DNA from: Vibrio vulnificus CMCP6
GTDB lineage: Bacteria > Pseudomonadota > Gammaproteobacteria > Enterobacterales > Vibrionaceae
Length of the DNA: 32,000 nucleotides
Reading direction: 5' to 3'
Assembly: GCF_000039765.1 (NCBI RefSeq)
Contig: NC_004459.3
Coordinates: forward strand, 630,001-662,000
Shown: one piece after another, positions 20,193 to 27,051 of the stretch
Layout: each line of letters starts with the position of its first letter
How positions within the stretch are numbered: the stretch's first letter is position 1
The notes under the pieces: model-generated
Told to the model about the DNA's origin: nothing
The model's database searches: none
What the model saw: only the letters and a program-made list of their open reading frames with translations
Position numbers and translations under genes: made by a program

Positions 20193-20229
20193 AGGCTCGT
20201 AGAGACATCTACGGGCCTTTGTCTTTTCT
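20193..20229 (+). terminator. Terminator after the tRNA gene
   Basis: 11-bp stem aggctcgtaga / tctacgggcct (one G-U pair) with loop gaca, followed by ttgtctttt. Confidence 0.6.
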
Positions 20230-20295
20230 AGTCCGGTCTATACCTGGTCTGTGAGTACTTCCGGTAAGCTTTGGTTCATTAGGCACTTCCCTTAA

Positions 20296-21012
20296 TCAAT
20301 CAGAAAGATAGTATTGAACCGTCGAAACCACACGAATGCGTTTAATATGTGGCGTGTTGTGATCTCTATCCATGATAGAAAACTGGCCTTGTGATGCTGT
20401 GCGGATTTTGCCAAGTGAACTATTGGAATCTTTGGCAAACTTCTCAGCCACCTCTCTCGCATTGTGAGTGGCTTCTTCGATCATTTCCGGCTTAATTTCG
20501 TTTAAGCGAGTGAAGCTGTAGACAATCGGGTTGTCGTAAGCATCTTGGTTGAAAACAATCCCCTTCTTGCCCAGTTGTCCAATAAGACTGATGGCTTGAC
20601 GTACCGAATCAACTTTATTGCTGTACACCGTGATGGTTTGAATGGCGAGATAGCGATATTCCGCATTTGCTTCTCCCCCATATTGCTGAGCTTTCTTATC
20701 AATCACCGCAGGGGCAGACCATTGGACACTATCTGAAAGTTCACGTTTATTGAGAAAATCGGTGATTAACGTTGATTGCGTATCCACTTTGGTGAAAAGA
20801 TCTTGGATGTCATTGCTGGCAACCGTAAAACGGATCGGCCAAATGACCGTATCAGCAGGATACTCTCTCTCCGATAACCCCTTAACCGTCACAATGCGAT
20901 CCAGTGCTTTGTATTGAATGGCCGTTTGCTGAACTAGATAACCCAATACGCCTAAGCCGACAATTAGGGATACACCTAGAATCAACGCGGCTTGGGTTGT
21001 CATTTCTCTCAT
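20296..21012 (-). CDS. SIMPL/DUF541-domain protein with an N-terminal membrane anchor
   Basis: 238-aa ORF with an N-terminal TM/signal-anchor (AALILGVSLIVGLGVLGYLV). Overall it resembles the SIMPL (YggE-like, '26-kDa periplasmic immunogenic protein') family, judged from memory. The start could instead be the second ATG at 21003. Confidence 0.7.
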   Translation of the reverse strand: MREMTTQAALILGVSLIVGLGVLGYLVQQTAIQYKALDRIVTVKGLSEREYPADTVIWPIRFTVASNDIQDLFTKVDTQSTLITDFLNKRELSDSVQWSAPAVIDKKAQQYGGEANAEYRYLAIQTITVYSNKVDSVRQAISLIGQLGKKGIVFNQDAYDNPIVYSFTRLNEIKPEMIEEATHNAREVAEKFAKDSNSSLGKIRTASQGQFSIMDRDHNTPHIKRIRVVSTVQYYLSD

Positions 21013-21108
21013 AACCTAACCTTTAAAAATTACCAAAACTTTCGAATCCTACAACATAGCGTAGTTAGTTCTTCAGTACTGAGACATGGCACTAATTAGA
21101 TAAAGAAA

Positions 21109-21130
21109 CGGGAACCGAATTCGGTTCCCG
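21109..21130 (-). terminator. Orphan terminator-like perfect palindrome in the SIMPL/olsF divergent region
   Basis: cgggaaccg-aatt-cggttcccg is a 9-bp stem with a 4-nt loop. On the - strand it is followed by tttctttatct; on the + strand only by ctttcc. No annotated gene ends here (see findings). Confidence 0.4.
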
Positions 21131-21312
21131 CTTTCCAGAGCAGCATAACAAAGGTTTATTGACGTTTGCGTTATATTATTTTGTCCCGCAGTTTCAACTT
21201 AACACCCAAACTTACATTTTGATGCAAAATTAGTATATTTTGTGAGCAGCGGATAATTTATTTCCATCATTTTACTTGTTGTTGCACGCACTTCTCGACT
21301 CATCTGTTAACC

Positions 21313-21334
21313 AAAGCGTCACAAAAGCGTCATT
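21313..21334 (+). promoter_or_regulatory. Tandem 11-bp direct repeat resembling a Pho box upstream of the olsF-like gene
   Basis: aaaGCGTCACa|aaaGCGTCATt gives GCGTCAC-AAAA-GCGTCAT-TAAA, against the E. coli Pho box CTGTCAT-AAAA-CTGTCAT. An exact CTGTCAT lies at 21360-21366, which is 3 x 11 bp downstream of the second repeat. Confidence 0.3.
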
Positions 21335-21412
21335 AAAGGCCAATCTTGCTGAAGCCTGACTGTCATCTCTTACGATTAGCATGAGGATCAGAAACCCAGA
21401 TTCGAGGTCTTT

Positions 21413-23170
21413 ATGGCAATCAACAGTCCTTTTCGTCTTCCACGTAAAACGCCTTTTGGCATTGGAGAAAATGTTGCTGAATGGATGACGGGGCTGAGCA
21501 AATTGGATAAGTTTTATGCTCAGCGTCCACCTCACTGTGACACTCAAACCTTTCTACGCTATACCCTTGAAGTTCTGGGTATTGATTATCAGATAGTCAA
21601 AGGCTCGCTTGCGAACGTCCCACAGATTGGCCCAACGGTGGTGGTGGCTAATCATCCGTTAGGCTGCGTTGAAGGGGTGATTCTTGCTGAACTCTTGCTG
21701 ATGATGCGGGAGGATGTTCAGATCCTTGCCAACCAATATCTCAAAACCGTTCCTGAGTTGGATACGCTCTTTATTGGCGTGGATGTATTTGATTCCCAGC
21801 AGGCAGCAAAGTCCAACATGAAGGCGCTACGCGATGCAAACAAGCATCTCGCTCAAGGAGGGTTACTCTTAGTTTTTCCTGCCGGTGAGGTATCACAACT
21901 TGTTGATAGAAAGCAAAAACGCTTAGAAGATAAAGAGTGGAGTCGTTCTGTCAGCGCTCTGATCCGCAGACATAAAGCGCATGCTCTGCCTGTGTTTATC
22001 GACGGGCAGAACTCACAACGCTTTTATCTTGCAGGCAAGATTCACCCTCTCTTGCGCACGCTGATGTTAGGGCGTGAATTACTCAATAAGAAGCAGCAAG
22101 CGATTCCAATTGCCATTGGTCAGCCAATCAAATTCAAAGAAGTACAACATTTGACGGATGAGCAGCTAGTCAGTTATTTGCGTTTAAACACGTATTTACT
22201 CAGCGCTGAACCACCACTTCACCCCCCAATGGATCACGACACCAATCCCCCTCTAGCCCCGATTGCTGAGCCATTAGAAAAGCAAAAGTGGTTATTGGAT
22301 CTGGCGATGCTCCCTGAAGATGCTTTATTGCTTCGCCAAGGTAATTTTAGTGTCTATTGCACCACTGCCAAATATATTCCTTCGATTCTGCATGAGATCG
22401 GCCGACAACGAGAGATCAATTTTCGCGCTGTAGGGGAAGGGACGGGTTATGCGATCGACATCGATCGTTTTGATCACCATTATCATCATCTGTTTGTCTG
22501 GGATGATGAAAACCAGCACCTGGTTGGGGCTTATCGCCTCGGTTTAGTGGACAAACTGCTGGAAAAATCTGGATTGGATGGGCTCTATTCGCGCACATTA
22601 TTCGACTATGACGCACCCTTTCTTACCCAGTTAGGCCAGTCGATTGAGATGGGACGCTCTGTGATCACCTCCCCCTACCAGCGCAGCATGAATGCACTTT
22701 TGCTCCTGTGGAAGGGAATTGCGACCTTTGTCTCTCAACATCCGCAATACACGCATTTGTTTGGGCCGGTCAGCATCAGCAACGATTACAGCCCCACTGC
22801 AAGACAACTGCTCGCTCAATCCATGACGCTGCACCATTATGATGCTGCCAGCGCCGAGCTCGTCAAACCACTTAATCCCATTCCCGATCATCATCCCAAA
22901 TGGAACACCAGCATGCTAACGGCACTTGGTGATTTGCAACTGCTGTCTCGAGTGATTTCTCGTATTGATGAAGGTAAAGGGGTGCCCGTTTTGCTAAGAC
23001 AATACTTAGGGCTGAATGGCAAATTGGTGTGCTTTAATGTCGACCCTGCGTTTAACAATGCGTTGGATGGCATGATTGTGGTGGATCTGCGTGATGTGCC
23101 CGAAAAAACGCTAGGCAAATACATGACGCCAGCTAAAGCACGGCACTATCTCTCACTTCATCAAGCATGA
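21413..23170 (+). CDS. olsF: Two-domain acyltransferase: N-terminal PlsC-like lysophospholipid acyltransferase and C-terminal GNAT/OlsB-like N-acyltransferase (OlsF-like ornithine-lipid synthase; often annotated 'putative hemolysin')
   Basis: 585-aa ORF. The N-terminal half has VVANHPLGCVEG and VFPAGEVS, which are acyltransferase motifs I and III of this subfamily. The C-terminal half has EIGRQREINFRAVGEGTG...DRFDHHYHHLFVWD...LVGAYRLG, typical of the OlsB/Acetyltransf_5-type domain. Function is inferred from family resemblance only. Confidence 0.65.
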   Translation: MAINSPFRLPRKTPFGIGENVAEWMTGLSKLDKFYAQRPPHCDTQTFLRYTLEVLGIDYQIVKGSLANVPQIGPTVVVANHPLGCVEGVILAELLLMMREDVQILANQYLKTVPELDTLFIGVDVFDSQQAAKSNMKALRDANKHLAQGGLLLVFPAGEVSQLVDRKQKRLEDKEWSRSVSALIRRHKAHALPVFIDGQNSQRFYLAGKIHPLLRTLMLGRELLNKKQQAIPIAIGQPIKFKEVQHLTDEQLVSYLRLNTYLLSAEPPLHPPMDHDTNPPLAPIAEPLEKQKWLLDLAMLPEDALLLRQGNFSVYCTTAKYIPSILHEIGRQREINFRAVGEGTGYAIDIDRFDHHYHHLFVWDDENQHLVGAYRLGLVDKLLEKSGLDGLYSRTLFDYDAPFLTQLGQSIEMGRSVITSPYQRSMNALLLLWKGIATFVSQHPQYTHLFGPVSISNDYSPTARQLLAQSMTLHHYDAASAELVKPLNPIPDHHPKWNTSMLTALGDLQLLSRVISRIDEGKGVPVLLRQYLGLNGKLVCFNVDPAFNNALDGMIVVDLRDVPEKTLGKYMTPAKARHYLSLHQA

Positions 23171-23344
23171 ATTGATGGCTTTTGGTCACGTATGCATTGC
23201 CATGTCGTGACCTAAGCAGCAGTTTTACAATCAGAGTAATCCTCTTAAAGCACGAGCGCCAGGCGGCCAAAGTACTGAGCAGGACCGTTAAATCACCGAT
23301 ACTCCGTGCATATTTTGTTCACTATGACAGATATTCGTCTTATC

Positions 23345-23369
23345 ACAGTCCATTAGACTGTTTTTTATT
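23345..23369 (+). terminator. Weak rho-independent terminator in the olsF-SBP spacer
   Basis: 6-bp stem acagtc / gactgt with loop catta, followed by tttttatt. It lies 175 nt after the olsF stop and about 65 nt before the SBP ATG. Confidence 0.4.
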
Positions 23370-23432
23370 CTATTGACGAAAAAATCATCTAATTTGAATC
23401 TGTTGGCAAACAACAACACAAACGAGGACGTC

Positions 23433-24515
23433 ATGCCGACAATCAAGCCCAACCGCTCTTTTCTGAAACGTGCGATTATCGCTTCCACTGCCCTGCTCTC
23501 TTTTTCACTTTTTGCTGCAGAAGAAGTGTATCGCTTAAAACTGGCTGAAACTTGGGGCCCGAATACGCCGATACTCGGTGACGCATCAAAAAACATGGCT
23601 AAGCTCGCTGAAGAAATGTCAAACGGTCGTTTACAGATTCGCATCGATTCAGCCAACAAGCACAAAGCACCATTGGGTGTGTTTGATATGGTCAAGTCTG
23701 GTCAATATGATCTTGGCCACTCCAGCTCTTATTATTGGAAAGGGAAGGTCCCCAACACGCTCTATTTCTCTTCGATGCCCTTTGGCATGATCACCACGGA
23801 GCAGTACGCTTGGTTCTATTACGGTGGTGGTATGGAACTGATGCAAAAAGTTTATGCTCCGCACAATTTGCTCTCATTTCCTGGCGGAAACTCAGATATC
23901 CAAATGGGTGGCTGGTTTAAGAAAGAGATCAATTCCGTTGAAGATTTGAAAGGGTTGAAAATGCGTATCCCCGGTTTTGCGGGCGAAGTGCTGGCACGAG
24001 TTGGCGCTAAACCGACCAATATTGCGCCGGGAGAACTCTACACATCACTCGAACGTGGCACAATTGACGCATTGGAGTGGGTGGGTCCTGCGTTTGACTT
24101 GCGTATGGGTTTTCACAAAATCGCGCCCTACTACTATACCGCGTGGCATGAGCCGGGCTCAGAAACACAGTTTTTAGTGAATAAGAAGACCTGGGAGACA
24201 TTACCCAAAGATCTGCAAGTGATCTTAGAAACCGCCTTCCGTGTGGCGGCGTTTGATATGTACAACCAAGCGATCGATGCCAATGCCAATAGCTGGGCAA
24301 CCATGCAAAGCGAATACCCAGACATCAAGGTGCGCGATTTTCCGCCTGTTGTGTTACAAGCCATGCGACAAGCAACCAATGAGTTGTTAGAGGAAGAAGC
24401 AGCCAAAGATCCGCTCGCGAAAGAGATCATCACTTCACAAGAAAACTACCTGAAGAAAGTGCGTGCTTGGACGGCGATCTCCGCCAAAGCGTATTTGGAT
24501 ACTAACCCGCAGTAG
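23433..24515 (+). CDS. TRAP-transporter substrate-binding protein (DctP family), orphan
   Basis: The track ORF starts at TTG 23373. ATG 23433, preceded by gagga, gives MPTIKPNRSFLKRAIIASTALLSFSLFA|AEEVY, a signal peptide with a Tat-like NRSFLK context. The mature protein has DctP-type blocks (MGGWFKKEINSVEDLKGLKMRIPG, ERGTIDALEWVGP). No DctQ/DctM gene is present in the window. Confidence 0.8.
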   Translation: MPTIKPNRSFLKRAIIASTALLSFSLFAAEEVYRLKLAETWGPNTPILGDASKNMAKLAEEMSNGRLQIRIDSANKHKAPLGVFDMVKSGQYDLGHSSSYYWKGKVPNTLYFSSMPFGMITTEQYAWFYYGGGMELMQKVYAPHNLLSFPGGNSDIQMGGWFKKEINSVEDLKGLKMRIPGFAGEVLARVGAKPTNIAPGELYTSLERGTIDALEWVGPAFDLRMGFHKIAPYYYTAWHEPGSETQFLVNKKTWETLPKDLQVILETAFRVAAFDMYNQAIDANANSWATMQSEYPDIKVRDFPPVVLQAMRQATNELLEEEAAKDPLAKEIITSQENYLKKVRAWTAISAKAYLDTNPQ

Positions 24516-24532
24516 CTCACTCAACCCAGCCC

Positions 24533-24563
24533 AAAAGAAGCACCAAGCGTGCTTCTTTTCTTC
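24533..24563 (+). terminator. Rho-independent terminator after the TRAP SBP gene
   Basis: 8-bp stem agaagcac / gtgcttct with loop caagc, followed by ttttcttc. Confidence 0.75.
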
Positions 24564-24600
24564 ACTGTATTCTGTCAAAAAATTACAGCCAAACCAAAAC

Positions 24601-24616
24601 AGTGACCTTTATCACC
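24601..24616. promoter_or_regulatory. CRP-like site A (mtl control region)
   Basis: aGTGA-ccttta-TCACc against the consensus TGTGA-N6-TCACA (8/10 half-site positions). Confidence 0.35.
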
Positions 24617-24645
24617 ACATCCGACAAAGCCACTCAAAATACAAT

Positions 24646-24661
24646 TGTGACAAAAATCACT
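24646..24661. promoter_or_regulatory. CRP-like site B (mtl control region)
   Basis: TGTGA-caaaaa-TCACt (9/10 half-site positions). Confidence 0.5.
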
Positions 24662-24696
24662 CAAAAATCTTAATTAGAGCTCAAAAAGAAGATTTT

Positions 24697-24712
24697 AATG
24701 ATCAGTGTCACA
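24697..24712. promoter_or_regulatory. CRP-like site D (mtl control region)
   Basis: aaTGA-tcagtg-TCACA (8/10 half-site positions). Confidence 0.35.
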
Positions 24713-24814
24713 ATTTATTTTTATTTCAAATTTAACAAAACGAGACAAAGATCAACAACAAAAGATTTGACAAATAACCAAAGCGCAATTTGTTATTAAC
24801 TTACAACTCAATAA

Positions 24815-24830
24815 AGTGAGAAAAATCACG
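24815..24830. promoter_or_regulatory. CRP-like site C, closest to mtlA
   Basis: aGTGA-gaaaaa-TCACg (8/10 half-site positions), 164 nt upstream of the mtlA ATG. The E. coli mtl promoter is known to carry multiple CRP sites. Confidence 0.45.
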
Positions 24831-24913
24831 TAAAAAACGCTTGCGAATGGAAAAATCAGGAGGGGGATCACGAAAAACCCGCTATCAGTTCTAATAGAAA
24901 AATATGTGGTAGA

Positions 24914-24955
24914 TTGATTGAGAACTAAGCAATCAAACGGTTTTGGCGAACCGTT
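24914..24955 (+). other. Two adjacent stem-loops in the probable mtlA 5' leader
   Basis: The first hairpin is ttgattg-N9-caatcaa (24914-24936). The second is aacggtt-ttggcg-aaccgtt (24936-24955). They end about 40 nt before the mtlA ATG, and neither is followed by a U-run. Confidence 0.45.
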
Positions 24956-24993
24956 ACTACAACATTCATCAGAACATCAAACGGGGAATTCGT

Positions 24994-26946
24994 ATGATAT
25001 CACCAGATGCAAAGATCAAGATACAAAATTTTGGTCGTTTCTTGTCTAACATGGTTATGCCCAACATCGGGGCATTTATTGCGTGGGGCTTTATTACTGC
25101 CCTATTTATTCCGACTGGCTGGCTGCCAAATGAAACGCTGGCGGCAATGGTTGGACCAATGATCACTTATCTACTGCCACTGCTCATCGGTTATACCGGT
25201 GGTAAGCTTGTCGGCGGAGACCGAGGTGCGGTTGTCGGTGCGATTACCACAATGGGTGTGATTGTCGGCACTGACATCCCGATGTTCATGGGGGCAATGA
25301 TGGTCGGCCCTATGGGTGGTTGGGCGATCAAACGATTCGACAATTACATTGATGGCAAAGTCAAAAGTGGCTTTGAGATGTTGGTGAACAACTTCTCTGC
25401 CGGCATTATTGGCATGCTGTGTGCGATTCTCGCCTTCTTCTTTATCGGGCCATTTGTCAAAGTCCTTTCTGGCGGGTTAGCGGCTGGCGTCAACTTCCTG
25501 GTCTCTGCGCACCTCCTTCCTTTGACCTCTGTTTTTGTTGAGCCTGCGAAGATCTTGTTCCTCAACAATGCCATTAACCACGGTATTTTTTCTCCACTGG
25601 GCATCCAACAGGCTTCAGAAGCTGGCCAATCGATTTTCTTCCTCATTGAAGCAAACCCTGGTCCTGGACTCGGTATTCTTCTCGCCTACATGGTGTTTGG
25701 TAAAGGTACAGCACGTCAGACGGCAGGTGGTGCTTCGATCATCCATTTCTTTGGTGGGATCCACGAAATCTATTTCCCTTATATTTTGATGAATCCACGC
25801 CTGATCCTTGCCGCAATCGCGGGTGGTATGACTGGGGTATTTGTCCTGACGGTATTCAATGCTGGGATTGTTTCACCCGCCTCTCCAGGTTCTATTTTCG
25901 CGATTCTCCTAATGACGCAAAAAGCCTCTATCCTCGGCGTATTAGCGTCCATTGCTTCAGCAACCGGTGTCTCTTTTGCTGTCGCTGCATTACTGATGAA
26001 AACACAAACATCGACAGAAGAGGAAGGCGACGAAGCTGCATTGGAAAAAGCCACTTCACAGATGAAGAACATGAAATCGGCGTCAAAAGGGCGTGCTAAT
26101 GTCACCAACCAAAACAAAAGTGATGTAGACCTAGCAACCGTGCACAGCATTATTGTGGCGTGCGATGCAGGAATGGGCTCCAGTGCCATGGGGGCGAGCA
26201 TGCTGCGTAAAAAAATTCAGGATGCGGGGCTCAACATCCATGTGACTAACCTTGCAATTAACAGCTTACCAGAGAGCGCCGACATTGTGATTACGCATAA
26301 AGATCTTACGGATCGTGCACGTAAGCACGCACCGAATGCTTACCACATTTCACTAACCAACTTCCTAGACAGTGAAATGTACAATCAACTCGTGACCAAG
26401 CTGTTTGCAGCGCAACAGCTGTCAGCAGCAAATGATGACAACGTCGTCAAAGTGTCTGTATTAGCTGCCAACGACGATACATTTGAAGCGCAACCACCCT
26501 CAGTCTTTCAAATCCAGCGTGAAAACATTCACCTAGGCCTGAAAGCGAATAGCAAAGAAGAAGCCATTCGTTTCGCTGGCAACAAACTGGTTGAGCTTGG
26601 CTACGCAGAACCTGAATATATAGAGGCGATGTTTGAACGCGAAGCCCTCGTCCCCACCTATCTTGGCGAATCCATTGCCGTGCCACATGGCACCGTGGAA
26701 GCGAAAGATCGCGTGAAAAAAACAGGCATTGTCATTTGCCAATACCCATCGGGTATCCAATTTACTGACGACAAAGACGATGTGGCCAAACTTGTGATTG
26801 GTATTGCAGCCAAGAACGATGAACACATCCAAGTGATTACCACTATTACCAACGCCCTTGATGAACCAGAAGCGATTGAGAGGCTCACCAGCACTGAAGA
26901 TATCGAAGAAATTCTAGACATCCTCGGTGGAAAACAAGCCGCTTAA
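24994..26946 (+). CDS. mtlA: PTS mannitol-specific transporter, EIICBA
   Basis: The track ORF starts at 24943. [43 protein letters not shown], from ATG 24994 (gggga 6 nt upstream), matches E. coli MtlA ([31 protein letters not shown]...). The EIIB cysteine site is [22 protein letters not shown] and the EIIA histidine context is SIAVPHGT. That start gives 650 aa. Confidence 0.95.
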   Translation: [650 protein letters not shown]

Positions 26947-26956
26947 TTCGTTCAAC

Positions 26957-26974
26957 TTTTTGCTCCTGAGCAAA
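26957..26974 (+). other. Intercistronic hairpin between mtlA and mtlD
   Basis: ttttgctc-ct-gagcaaaa (effectively a 7-bp stem with a 4-nt loop), with no U-run. This is likely an mRNA stability or processing element rather than a terminator. Confidence 0.35.
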
Positions 26975-27051
26975 ATCGAGGTCAACTGCTCCCCTATACG
27001 GTTGGCCTCACCCTAAGTTCATCATGCATTTTAAATTGGTAGGTAAGTATT

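Noticed and set aside
20184-21412. Looked for signs of an integrated island at the tRNA: an integrase, a direct repeat of the tRNA 3' end, or a compositional jump.
   Set aside because: There is no integrase or phage-like gene, and I could not find a second copy of the tRNA 3' segment by eye. The interval holds a single ordinary-looking SIMPL gene. I treat it as an unoccupied site, not an island.
21272-21547. A 91-aa minus-strand ORF spanning the olsF start region. I considered it as the gene that the 21109-21130 terminator might serve.
   Set aside because: It overlaps 135 nt of the well-supported olsF-like CDS on the opposite strand. It has no SD and its translation is nondescript. It also ends more than 140 nt before the hairpin.
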